Positions 10,321 to 19,821 of a DNA stretch of 64,000 bases are shown here, in pieces. Position numbers and translations under genes: made by a program. Positions within the stretch are counted from its first letter, which is position 1. Each line of letters opens with the position of its first letter. Source of the stretch: Candidatus Poribacteria bacterium (GTDB lineage Bacteria; Poribacteria; WGA-4E; WGA-3G); the NCBI GenBank assembly GCA_965197475.1, contig CBDANF010000003.1, positions 864,001-928,000 on the forward strand, written 5' to 3'. Under the pieces are notes generated by a model, which made no database searches, was not told where the DNA came from, and worked only from the letters and a program-made list of their open reading frames with translations.

Positions 10321-11625
10321 CTAACGCCGCGGTCGGAAAGAGGGAATGCCTGTTTTATCAAATCGCTCTTTGACCGCTTTCATAAGTTCAGACGTTATTT
10401 CGCGATACCCGTGTTCGCGAGCATATTTTTCAACACTTTTGACAACCATGCCCCGTGCAAATGAGGGTACACGCCTTAACCTTTCTTCCGCCGCATCATT
10501 CCACTTTAAATCGTAGTCCGGTTCCGTTCCAAAGGCAGTCCGTTTCTCAAACTGAACAGGTTGTTGTCCCTGTTGCCCGGGTTGATATTCACAAGATTCA
10601 TCTGCAGCAAGGTAGTTGCCAGTCGTAGCATACGCACGTGCTCTACATCCGCCACACACCTCTCTGAATTCACACGCGCCACATTTACCTTGTAGCATAT
10701 CCCGATCTCGCAACTCATGAAAAGTTTCCGACTCATTCCACAGTTTGACAAAACTCTCATCTTTGAGATTGCCAACGCTGACAGGTAGATACGGACACGG
10801 TGTCAGTTCACCTTCAGGACTGATGCGGCAATAATAGATACCACACGGGCACGTGCCACTCGGATAACCTTGTAGGAACGCAGAATCGGACTGCTGTTCA
10901 TAGATAACGCGTTTGTAGTGAGGCGCGCATTTCGCCGCGATGAGCATCTTACCGCTATATTCTGCCTGCAGTTGGAACATCGTCTCAAGCATCTTCTCAT
11001 ATTGTGCAGGCGTAATGTCCATTACCGTTTTGCCTCTCCCCGTTCGCACGAGAAAATAGAGATTTAGCACTTTCGCACCCAATTGATAGGCAAATTCAAC
11101 AATCTCAGGGATTTCGTCATAATTCCACTGCGTCACAGAGGTTTGGACGAGGAAGTCAAGTTGTGCACGCTTGAGTGATTCAACGCCGTTCATTGTGGCT
11201 TTCCACGCGCCTTCCATGCCGCGAAACTGATCGTGATTCGATGGTTGAATAGAATCAATGCTCAACCCCGCGCCAGTAACGCCGTGCTGTTGCATCTTTT
11301 CAACCACCTCGTCGTTCAATAGGACACCGTTTGTTCCCATCACAACAAGAAATCCGGTATCGGAAGCGTATTTTGAAATCTCAAGAATATCCGGACGCAA
11401 CAAAGGTTCACCGCCCGTGAGGATAAGAAGGATATGCGGATTGATTTCAGCTATCTCATCAATGACACGAAAACACTCTGATTGGCTCAACTCCGCATCT
11501 CTAAGATAACCGTGTGGGAACTCGTCTGTGTCTACAAATCCCGCAGGAAGATAGCAGTGCGTACATTTCAGATTGCACAATCTGGTAATATTCCATGAGA
11601 CTGCCTGAACTTTTGTGTTTTCCAT
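10321..11625 (-). CDS. Radical SAM/SPASM protein (AhbD/NirJ-like) with a C-terminal PCP_red-like domain
   Basis: CNLKCTHC, TGGEPLLRPD, CAPHY, SPASM CPCG...PCPY...GKCGACEFREVCGGCRARAY; tail WNDAAEERLRRVPSFARGMV. Confidence 0.85.
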   Translation of the reverse strand: MENTKVQAVSWNITRLCNLKCTHCYLPAGFVDTDEFPHGYLRDAELSQSECFRVIDEIAEINPHILLILTGGEPLLRPDILEISKYASDTGFLVVMGTNGVLLNDEVVEKMQQHGVTGAGLSIDSIQPSNHDQFRGMEGAWKATMNGVESLKRAQLDFLVQTSVTQWNYDEIPEIVEFAYQLGAKVLNLYFLVRTGRGKTVMDITPAQYEKMLETMFQLQAEYSGKMLIAAKCAPHYKRVIYEQQSDSAFLQGYPSGTCPCGIYYCRISPEGELTPCPYLPVSVGNLKDESFVKLWNESETFHELRDRDMLQGKCGACEFREVCGGCRARAYATTGNYLAADESCEYQPGQQGQQPVQFEKRTAFGTEPDYDLKWNDAAEERLRRVPSFARGMVVKSVEKYAREHGYREITSELMKAVKERFDKTGIPSFRPRR

Positions 11626-12084
11626 TTAATTTCTCAATAGCAACGCGAGCGCGAAAACAATTAATCCTGAAAAAAGTGTTAAATGTCCAAAAACATTGAT
11701 ATGACGGGGCACGGTAGTTTGACTATCGGGTTGTGCTGCCTCAAGGTGTCGCCGATAAAGTGAACTGTATAGTCCCCAAAAAAGTGCCATCAATCCAAAT
11801 GCAGCAAACTTTGCAGCAGAATATATCATATACTCCGATTTTAATTGCATATCGTTATTCCATGCAACAATAAAGATTACAATCCCGCCTGTAAGTAAAA
11901 GGACATTAATCATCACTTGCATCCAGTGGCGAAAGCGATTGTGTATTTCCAACAGGTCATGTGCTGGTAGGTTTTGCCGAACTATTGGCATTGCAATCAA
12001 GGTTGAAAATACAACCCCTCCGAACCAGATTATTGCTGCAATGAGATGAATACTTCGGATGAAAAGTTCTACGATATGGCGCAT
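11626..12084 (-). CDS. CopD/DUF4149-like four-TM membrane protein
   Basis: IHLIAAIIWFGG motif and four hydrophobic helices. Confidence 0.65.
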   Translation of the reverse strand: MRHIVELFIRSIHLIAAIIWFGGVVFSTLIAMPIVRQNLPAHDLLEIHNRFRHWMQVMINVLLLTGGIVIFIVAWNNDMQLKSEYMIYSAAKFAAFGLMALFWGLYSSLYRRHLEAAQPDSQTTVPRHINVFGHLTLFSGLIVFALALLLRN

Positions 12085-12086
12085 TT

Positions 12087-12818
12087 CTAACTCTGCACTG
12101 CAATTGACGTTGGGGTTCGAGAATCAACAATCCGAAGCAAATGACTCGCGAACATAATGATTTCTACTGCTTCCTCCGCTGTAACAGAAACATTTCGATG
12201 GCTATGCGGATTTTTGTAAAGTCCGATTGCTCCTGCCAAAAGATGTGCTGTGGCTTCTCTTTCCGGTTTAGACTGATTTTGATCTGTTAATGGCCCGTTA
12301 TCAACATGGAAAGCTTTTCGCATCAAATCAACGCCATAATCTACTGCAGTGTAGCCACCAGCATTCCGAACAGCTATTTCCACTGTTTTAAATGCTTCAA
12401 ATATAGCAGTGTCGTACTTACCTCTCAGAAAGTTTGAATTGACATCTTCGGCTATGGAAGAGTGAAGCAACTGTTTAGGTAATAGATTCGCTTTACGATA
12501 GGCTTCTAAAGCATCTGCGCTTTTTACGCCTTCTCCTTTTCTCGTAATGGAAACCATATCAGGATAGAATCCTCGTGTAGGTACAATAAAACCTTCTCTT
12601 TCTAACCATGCCCATGCTTCCCTAAGTGCCATCATAATTCTATCTCGATACTCACCAGGATATTTTTCAACAGTACGTCGCGAAGTGAAATTCTGTAGAC
12701 TAAACTGGTCGTCTGATTCAGGAAGGGATTGGAAGTGCTGCAAAACAAGCCCTGCTAATTCTTCAACTTCAAGATTTAGCAGAGTTTCAGGATCTGAAAT
12801 TAAATCGTAAAAAAACAA
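12087..12818 (-). CDS. TIGR02391 (Ymh-like) family protein
   Basis: EAWAWLEREG, YDTAIFEAFKTVE, GVDLMRKAF, GAIGLYKNPHSHR. Confidence 0.8.
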   Translation of the reverse strand: MFFYDLISDPETLLNLEVEELAGLVLQHFQSLPESDDQFSLQNFTSRRTVEKYPGEYRDRIMMALREAWAWLEREGFIVPTRGFYPDMVSITRKGEGVKSADALEAYRKANLLPKQLLHSSIAEDVNSNFLRGKYDTAIFEAFKTVEIAVRNAGGYTAVDYGVDLMRKAFHVDNGPLTDQNQSKPEREATAHLLAGAIGLYKNPHSHRNVSVTAEEAVEIIMFASHLLRIVDSRTPTSIAVQS

Positions 12819-12829
12819 CTTTAGTTCTC

Positions 12830-14794
12830 CTAAAGAGATAAGTGATTCTTATCTGGTATCTGTTGCTGAGACAAATCCCATAGTAGTATTATTCCGTCCC
12901 TACATCCACTGGCGAGTATTTGACCATCAGGACTGAACGCAACATCCTGGACAATACCAGTATGCCCAATGAGCGTGGATTCGCATTGTCCTGTAACAAC
13001 ATCCCATAAACCCACATTTTTACTCCCACTCACGAGAGTGGCACCATCTGGACTGAAACTCACACTACTGACTCCGCATTCAAATCCTGTGAAAATAGTT
13101 TTGTTTGCTCCAGAAACACTATCCCATAACCGCACTGTGCGGTCATTTCCCCCACTAGCGATCATGTGACCATCAGGGCTAAAAGCAATACTCCAGACAC
13201 AACCTGTATGCCCAATGAGGGTAGTTTTATGTACTCCAGAAACACTATCCCATAACCGCACTGTCTGATCATCACTTACACTAGCGAGTATGCGGCCATC
13301 TGGACTAAAACTGACATCCGTAACTCCGTTTTCATGCCCTATAAGAGTAATTATTTCCTGTCTATTAAGAACATCCCATAATCGTACCGTGTTATCTGGA
13401 TAATTTCCCCCACTAGCAAGTATGCGGCCATCAGGACTGAATGCAACACTTGATACAATGCCTGAATGCCCCTTAAATAGTCCTCCAAATAAGGTTTTTT
13501 GTTGTTCTGTAACTGTATCCCATAACCGTACTGTGTGATCCGAACCCCCACTGGCAAGTGTGCGGCCATCAGGACTGAACGCAACACCATGAACACTGAC
13601 TGTATGTCCTATAAGTGTAGACATATGCTGTCCTGTAGATGTGTCCCACAATCTAATTGATTCGTCCCAATCCCCGCTGGCAAGTATGCGGCCATCAGGA
13701 CTGAATGCAACGCTATTAACACTGGGCGTATGGCCTGCAAATATAACTTTAAGTCTTCCACTACCAGCGTTCCAGATTCGTACTGTGCTATCTGTTCCCC
13801 CGCTAGCTATTGCTCGACCATCAGTCGTAAAGGTGACATCTGTAACAATGCCTGTATGTCCAGTGAGTGTTTTACACTTTTTGCCAGTGAAAACATTCCA
13901 TAGCCGAATTTCGCTAGCACTTGCAACTGCAAGTTTAGTACCATCAGCACTAATATCAAGACTTTCAACACCATGCGGATGTTCTATTTCAAGTGTAGTT
14001 TTGCGTTGTCCTGTGGTCACGTCCCACAGAAGCAACATATTTTTTAACTTTCTTTCCCAAATTTCAATTGGATCATGTGAAAAAAAAGTATTACTTCCAC
14101 TTGCAAGAGTTTTACAATCAGGACTAAAGGCTATGCTGCATATTGAACTCATATGTCCTACAAGTGTAGTTTTGGGTTTTCCTGTGGATGTCTCCCATAA
14201 TCGCACTGTTTTATCTGAACTTCCACTTGCAATGGTAGCACCGTCGGATGAAAATGCAACCGCAGAAACACTATCTGTATGTTCAGTGAGTGTAGTCTTT
14301 AGTTTTCCTGTAGATACTTCCCACAACCGTACCGTGTTATCCAAACTCCCACTAGCAAGAATACTACCGTCGGGTGAAAATGCAACCGCAGAAACACTAT
14401 CTGTATGTTCAGTGAGTGTAGTCTTTAGTTTTCCTGTAGATACTTCCCACAACCGTACCGTGTTATCCGAACCACCACTCACTAGAAAATTACCATCGGA
14501 ATTAAAGGCAACACTTAATACCTCTCCAGTGTGTCCAACTAATAAACTAAGCTCTCCACCGGTACGTGCGTCATACATCCAAATCCCAATTGCACTAGAG
14601 ACAGCGAAGCAAGTACTATCAGGTGAACAAGCAATATTACCAGTAATTTTCCCTTTACCGAGCCGTGCTTTGACACCTTGAGGTAAATACCACTGCGGAG
14701 AATCTTGGGATAAAGTAGTTTGTAACCCGAAGAAAGAAGTGATGGATCGGTTAAATCGAGAAGAAAAAGTTGGTTTCATTGAGTAATCGTCCAT
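12830..14794 (-). CDS. WD40-repeat protein
   Basis: About 14 GH...VAFSPDG...ASG..D.TVRLWD repeats; N-terminal LPQGVKARLGKG. Confidence 0.95.
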   Translation of the reverse strand: MDDYSMKPTFSSRFNRSITSFFGLQTTLSQDSPQWYLPQGVKARLGKGKITGNIACSPDSTCFAVSSAIGIWMYDARTGGELSLLVGHTGEVLSVAFNSDGNFLVSGGSDNTVRLWEVSTGKLKTTLTEHTDSVSAVAFSPDGSILASGSLDNTVRLWEVSTGKLKTTLTEHTDSVSAVAFSSDGATIASGSSDKTVRLWETSTGKPKTTLVGHMSSICSIAFSPDCKTLASGSNTFFSHDPIEIWERKLKNMLLLWDVTTGQRKTTLEIEHPHGVESLDISADGTKLAVASASEIRLWNVFTGKKCKTLTGHTGIVTDVTFTTDGRAIASGGTDSTVRIWNAGSGRLKVIFAGHTPSVNSVAFSPDGRILASGDWDESIRLWDTSTGQHMSTLIGHTVSVHGVAFSPDGRTLASGGSDHTVRLWDTVTEQQKTLFGGLFKGHSGIVSSVAFSPDGRILASGGNYPDNTVRLWDVLNRQEIITLIGHENGVTDVSFSPDGRILASVSDDQTVRLWDSVSGVHKTTLIGHTGCVWSIAFSPDGHMIASGGNDRTVRLWDSVSGANKTIFTGFECGVSSVSFSPDGATLVSGSKNVGLWDVVTGQCESTLIGHTGIVQDVAFSPDGQILASGCRDGIILLWDLSQQQIPDKNHLSL

Positions 14795-14924
14795 GTTTAT
14801 TCAGACAGGATTTAAGAATGTTCGGAATCGTCTAATTCTGACTCAAAGTGTTTGTCTAAAGAATTTGACAAAAAGTAGTATAAATATATTCGTTCTTTTC
14901 AATACATAACGTAATCATGTGAAA

Positions 14925-15238
14925 TTATACGTCCTTACATCGTTCATAAAAGTTCACGCCAACTCGCTCAATTTGTGCAACCATATCAGGATTTCCTATC
15001 TTGCTGAAAACAGAGAGGTCAATCGTATAAGGTAAAAGCAAATCGTCAAGATCGATGTCAATTTTAGAAAGCACGTTATGTGTTACCCCCTCACCGCAAA
15101 GGGTTAGGTCAAGTCCGAACCGTTTCGATATGTGCCTGTGGCGCGTGAACCGTACAAAATCGCCCTCTCAATCTGCGGATACTGCTTGAAAACCTCGTGT
15201 ATTTTTTGGAGAGTTCGGTCTGATAAGCCGTATTTCAT
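14925..15238 (-). pseudogene. Minimal nucleotidyltransferase (MNT) pseudogene, not in the ORF track
   Basis: MKYGLSDRTL...ILYGSRATGTYRNGSD, then a 1-nt deletion in the DxD motif near 15111, continuing DLTLCGEG...LDDLLLPYTIDLS...IERVGVNFY to a stop at 14925. Confidence 0.8.
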
Positions 15239-15300
15239 AGCGACTCTTCCTGTTTTAGGTGTTCTATTTTTGTCAACAACGTCTCAAATTCTGAGTAATA

Positions 15301-15422
15301 CAGGACTTACGCATTCCCCCTTGATAAGGGGGGTTAGGGGGTTAAAAAGGCGTTATTTTAGCTATTTAACCCCCTAAATCCCCCTTATCAGTGGGACTTT
15401 AAGAAAAAATGCGTAAGTCCTG
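15301..15422. mobile_element. MITE with TIR CAGGACTTACGCATT and an internal GC-rich palindrome
   Basis: CAGGACTTACGCATT (15301) and AATGCGTAAGTCCTG (15422); TAATA on both flanks; internal TGATAAGGGGGGTTAGGGGGTTAAA / TTTAACCCCCTAAATCCCCCTTATCA. Confidence 0.8.
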
Positions 15423-15520
15423 TAATATATGTTGAGAATTGCCGAAACAACCTCTTCGGCGGTATCCTCATTGTGCGCGCTCTTTTTTGGTGGTTCTAAG
15501 AAATTGCGTTGATTAGGATA

Positions 15521-16246
15521 TTAAGTGCGTGCTTGCAAACGTGCGATCTCTTCTCGGAGTTGTGCGACTTCTGCTTCCGCTTCCTGTCGTGCGGAGGCTT
15601 CCCGTTCTGCGCGTTCCTCGGCAGTATCCGCACGTATTGTCTCAGCTTCTGCACGTGTTCGCACCCACTCACTCGCAACCGGATCATAGATACCTATTTC
15701 CTGATGCCTTATGCGGAAATCTAAACCCAAGGACGATGAACGCAAACCACCATTCTCGCCAGGCGGAACCGGCACGTAGATGCCATCAACTAACTCAAAA
15801 CCCATTAGCGGTGATGGCAAATACAGACCCTCGGCATCATACAAGAAATAGTCTTGTATCTTGAGTGACGCGTAGATATCCATCTTGTCAGTTAAGTCAT
15901 TCTGATATGTGTTTTTGCTGCTGAACTCCATTACGAATTCTGGCACTTTACCCTCTTCCCACACCAAGTATGTCCGCCTTGCCTTCATTCCTATTCCGAA
16001 AGAGACAAGAACATCTGGAGATATAGACTTATTAGGTGAACCTTCCACATAATACATCAGAATATCACCAGAGATATAGACAGACGGGTTATGTGAGAAA
16101 TGTGCCTCAAGTGCTTCTAATGTCCAAAACAACTGATGCCTATGCAGATCGCTTGCTGCCATCGGTTTTCCATCCTCTTCAGGATAAAGTGTCAATGCAT
16201 CTGTGGGGACATAAGAGACCTGTTCCTTTTCTGCGTTAGTTGCCAT
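15521..16246 (-). CDS. Uma2-family endonuclease with an acidic coiled-coil tail
   Basis: YPEEDGKPMA, SPDVLV, VWEEGKVPEFVMEFSS, DYFLYD; tail RAEAE... Confidence 0.9.
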   Translation of the reverse strand: MATNAEKEQVSYVPTDALTLYPEEDGKPMAASDLHRHQLFWTLEALEAHFSHNPSVYISGDILMYYVEGSPNKSISPDVLVSFGIGMKARRTYLVWEEGKVPEFVMEFSSKNTYQNDLTDKMDIYASLKIQDYFLYDAEGLYLPSPLMGFELVDGIYVPVPPGENGGLRSSSLGLDFRIRHQEIGIYDPVASEWVRTRAEAETIRADTAEERAEREASARQEAEAEVAQLREEIARLQART

Positions 16247-16359
16247 AATGTTCTCCTTTACCAAAAGATGCGTGAAAACAACGGTTAAGATTTTTTGTGC
16301 TGTCTATATTGTGTCTTAATTATAGCCGAAAACTGAGAGGGTATCAAGCATTTAAGGTT

Positions 16360-16869
16360 TTAGAACTGCGCGGGAAAGTTTCCGCGTGCGGCATCCATCA
16401 CTTCGCCAGTAATTTCGGTATGCCCGTTATCTTTAGCAAAACTTTCAATTCCCATCTTTGCCATCGGACGGACAAAACTTGGGATGCGTTCTAAACGCTC
16501 GAGTGCTTCAGGTGTCCATGTGAGACCATCAGGTTCAGGTTCAGATTTTTCCTCAAAAGCATCCGAGATAACTGAGGTGAAGGGACATTTGCCTCCCTCA
16601 GCAGTTTCTGATGGCATGTTCGGCATTGAATCCTGCTTTGCAGTCTCTAACTGCGAACGAACCATCTGCATCGGTTGTGCCGCTTCGCTACTACCGCCGA
16701 GTTGAAGGTCCAAGGATTTTAGCATCTGTGTTTCCGATGGATTGAGAAACATGGCAATTTCTGTAAAGCAGTCGGGACATTCAAAAACAGCCGTGACAGA
16801 ACCCTGTTCAGGATGGGTTATGTCTTTAAATTTCATTGCTGTGTCGCAGTCTATACATAAGAATTTCAT
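16360..16869 (-). CDS. CxxC..CxxC metal-binding protein with a C-terminal PCP_red-like domain
   Basis: CIDCD...ECPDC, a CPF motif, and WTPEALERLERIPSFVRPMAKMGIE. Confidence 0.8.
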   Translation of the reverse strand: MKFLCIDCDTAMKFKDITHPEQGSVTAVFECPDCFTEIAMFLNPSETQMLKSLDLQLGGSSEAAQPMQMVRSQLETAKQDSMPNMPSETAEGGKCPFTSVISDAFEEKSEPEPDGLTWTPEALERLERIPSFVRPMAKMGIESFAKDNGHTEITGEVMDAARGNFPAQF

Positions 16870-16908
16870 CGTTTAATCTCCGTATTTTAGCGTGGAAAGT
16901 GACCTATG

Positions 16909-17790
16909 TTATGTATTAAAGAAATCTTGAATCTTTTGCGCTACCTCTATAATTGTTCTGCTTGCGGGGGTATCGGGGTGTTCATTAACATAAGGTGTGC
17001 CGTTGTCGCTACAACTTGATAATTTTGGATCGAAGGGGATTTTGCCGAGCGTTGTTAACTGAAACAAATTATCAGGGGTTTCCTCAGTAGAAAAAAGTGG
17101 TTCGTATTCACCGCAGTGTTTACACACATAGAACGACATATTTTCAACAACGCCTATAATCGGTACCTTGAGAATGTCTCTCGCCATCGTAATAGATTTT
17201 TTGACAATCAGGTGTGAGACTTCGGAGGGGATTGTTACGACGACCACGCCACCAAGGTTTGGGATAAGTTCAGCCACATTCGGCAGACGATCAGAACCTG
17301 GTGGCAGATCAAGCAGAAGATAATCCAATTCTCCCCATTCGGTATCACCGATGAACTCCCGCAGTGCGCCTACCTCCATTGTGGAACGCCATGTGAAAGC
17401 ATCCTTTTGGGTGTGTGCATTCCACAGCACCGGTGCGTCATCTTCAGACAGGAGCAGATCCATTGAGATAATCTTTACACCAAGGAAACTGATAGCCGGT
17501 TTAACACCTGATGATGTGTATTCAAGCGTTGCGTTGCGAACCCCCATCATCTTAGCAATCGTTGGACCGTTGATGTCTGCATCAACAACTCCGACAGCAT
17601 AACCTGCCAACGTTAGTGCGGTAGCGAGGTTTGCAGTAATAGCACTTTTACCGACACCGCCTTTTCCGCTCATTATCACGACTGTCTGTTTTACCGAAGC
17701 GAGGCGTTTGCTAATGCGGTTCGCTTGTGCTGTGACTTGCCCTATAATGTTGGAACCGGCATCATCCGGGAGTTCCTTGTAACTTTTCAC
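16909..17790 (-). CDS. Mrp/ApbC/NBP35 Fe-S carrier ATPase
   Basis: SGKGGVGKS, DADINGP, WGELDYLLLDLPPG, ENMS..VCKHCG. Confidence 0.9.
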   Translation of the reverse strand: MKSYKELPDDAGSNIIGQVTAQANRISKRLASVKQTVVIMSGKGGVGKSAITANLATALTLAGYAVGVVDADINGPTIAKMMGVRNATLEYTSSGVKPAISFLGVKIISMDLLLSEDDAPVLWNAHTQKDAFTWRSTMEVGALREFIGDTEWGELDYLLLDLPPGSDRLPNVAELIPNLGGVVVVTIPSEVSHLIVKKSITMARDILKVPIIGVVENMSFYVCKHCGEYEPLFSTEETPDNLFQLTTLGKIPFDPKLSSCSDNGTPYVNEHPDTPASRTIIEVAQKIQDFFNT

Positions 17791-19061
17791 TTTTTCTGGC
17801 TGATGGCGTATAAAGCATCATAACTGCGCAAATAGAGAGTACCATCTGCGATTACCGGCGATGCAGCAACGGTTTCGCCAATTGAATTGGTAGCCACGAT
17901 TTCAAATTCTCGCCCTGCCTTAACAACATTGACGACACCGTCCCGTGCTGTTAAATAGATATAGCCATTTGCATAGACAGGCGAAGAGCGATGCCGTTGC
18001 CGGTGCGTTCGGTGCTCATAAAGTTGTTCTCCTGTTTTGGCATCAAGGCAGATAAGAACGCCGTTTTCTCTACATAGATAGACGAGACCGTCGTGAATAA
18101 GTGGAGATGGCACGTCTGGTGTGCCTTGTGGGAGTTTCCAGATTTGCCACTTGGAATCTGTAATATTGCCTGTTCCCGATGGGTCTAAACCCAGAACAGG
18201 CCCGTTTTTAGCAGAGGGGACGACAATAAGACCTTCCGTTGCTACAGGAGAGGCTACAAGCCGGAACGATGGGTTATACCTTTCTCGCGAATTCAAACCG
18301 CCACATCGCCAAATTTCCCTGCCATCTTCAAGATTATGTGCCGTGACATAGTCTGCGCCATGCACAACAAGGAATTCACGTTGCGTATCACGGTAAAGAA
18401 TTGGAGAAGTATAGGCGTGTTCACATTCTCTCCTTGCATCACTTTTCCTGTCATGCTTCCAAACTTCTTCGCCAGTCATCTTGTCAAGTGCAAGGACTAA
18501 CCATGCGTTGCTGTGAATAAGTTGAATGTATAATTTATCTTTGTCCAGCAGCGGTGTCATTGACATAAGAAACTCGAGTCTAAACTTACCGTAACGTTCC
18601 TCCAGATTTGTCTGCCAAACCGGGTTTCCTTCAAAATCGTAACAAGCGAGATCGCCCGTTCCGAGAAACGCCCAGACATGTTCACCATCAGTTGTTGGTG
18701 AGGGTGCAGCGAAGTTGACTTCATCGCCGTGATCAGAACGGTTACCTTGTGCTAAAGAGCGTTTCCACAGTTCCTCACCTTCTGTGGTGACACACATTAG
18801 AACAAGTTCTCTTCCGTCAGCGGATGTCAGGAAAATCTTATCTCCCCAGACAATAGGTGTAGAGGCACCCTCGCCCGGTAGTGGTAGCCGCCATCGCACA
18901 TTTTCGGTTTGGCTCCACTGGATTGGCACATCAGCTTCTTGGCTTATGCCGTCGTTGTTTGGTCCCCGCCACTGGTGCCAGTTTTCGGCGGAACCGTTGC
19001 TAATTAGAATAAGAAACGCAAGTAGAAAAATTAACGCGCGACTGACAATGTGTTTTTGCAT
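17787..19061 (-). CDS. Exported PQQ-like beta-propeller protein
   Basis: Signal peptide, ENWHQWRGP and repeated SP..W motifs. Confidence 0.85.
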   Translation of the reverse strand: MQKHIVSRALIFLLAFLILISNGSAENWHQWRGPNNDGISQEADVPIQWSQTENVRWRLPLPGEGASTPIVWGDKIFLTSADGRELVLMCVTTEGEELWKRSLAQGNRSDHGDEVNFAAPSPTTDGEHVWAFLGTGDLACYDFEGNPVWQTNLEERYGKFRLEFLMSMTPLLDKDKLYIQLIHSNAWLVLALDKMTGEEVWKHDRKSDARRECEHAYTSPILYRDTQREFLVVHGADYVTAHNLEDGREIWRCGGLNSRERYNPSFRLVASPVATEGLIVVPSAKNGPVLGLDPSGTGNITDSKWQIWKLPQGTPDVPSPLIHDGLVYLCRENGVLICLDAKTGEQLYEHRTHRQRHRSSPVYANGYIYLTARDGVVNVVKAGREFEIVATNSIGETVAASPVIADGTLYLRSYDALYAISQKK

Positions 19062-19152
19062 TATGGGTCTCCATTTTCATTGAACCTTGTGGGTTCCGTT
19101 GTGTAGTGTGTACCTCTTGCATGGCGTGTCAACAATTTATGCATTGTGAAGT

Positions 19153-19404
19153 TCAACGATTCTCATCTGTCCATAAGCCCCGATCAGGACCGTTCCATTG
19201 GTACGGAACTATTTTTGATAAAGTTCCCACATTATACTCTGGGAACTTACACCCTGTCTCTATTACATAACCTTCATTTGTGAATATGGGGAACTCTAAT
19301 TTGGTGAGAGAAGTAACAGGTTCGATTTCCAGCCATACGTCAAGATCACCGATTACTGTTTTGTAGAAAAAGTCGGCAGAATGGCTTTCATGTTTCAGAA
19401 TCAT
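19153..19404 (-). CDS. Short hypothetical ORF or gene remnant
   Basis: 83-aa ORF only. Confidence 0.3.
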   Translation of the reverse strand: MILKHESHSADFFYKTVIGDLDVWLEIEPVTSLTKLEFPIFTNEGYVIETGCKFPEYNVGTLSKIVPYQWNGPDRGLWTDENR

Positions 19405-19557
19405 GATTACGCCAGATTGTTTAACTTCTCCGTTAATAGATTTTTAGCGCGGGGTTTACCCATTTTCGCGGGATGCCGATAAAAGTAACAATTTCATTAT
19501 CTCTACCGTCATCAGTTTGTGTTTCTGTCACCGAAGGTATTCCTTCATGATGTTATA

Positions 19558-19718
19558 TTATAGTAGATTTTAGAATTACTTGGACATTGTTATAGGTCCA
19601 GTTGGGAAACAGTTCCTACCGCATATTTTGTAGCACAAACTTTTAGTTTGTGTCGTCCTTGCGCAAACTGAAAGTGGACGCTACAGCAGTGTCCAGATAA
19701 TTACAGATTTTACTATAA
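19558..19718. mobile_element. MITE, TTATAGTA-ended family (copy 1)
   Basis: Imperfect ~28-bp TIR, TATAGTAGATTTTAGAATTACTTGGACA / TGTCCAGATAATTACAGATTTTACTATA, with internal GTAG...CTAC hairpins. Confidence 0.7.
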
Positions 19719-19752
19719 GATAGCATATTCTACACGAATATGCTATCTTTTT
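19717..19752. terminator. Hairpin with T-tract, probable intrinsic terminator
   Basis: AAGATAGCATATTC-TACAC-GAATATGCTATCTT followed by a T run. Confidence 0.55.
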
Positions 19753-19821
19753 TAATACAGTTAACACTAAAACCTGATGCGAAGAACTTAGAGGAAGATA
19801 CTTGCCACACCATAACCCAGC

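Noticed and set aside
10321-11625. RiPP maturase role for the radical SAM/SPASM enzyme
   Set aside because: No precursor peptide or RRE domain seen; motifs and context fit the AhbD/NirJ heme-modifying group better.
13641-14681. 346-aa plus-strand ORF
   Set aside because: Antisense shadow of the WD40 repeats.
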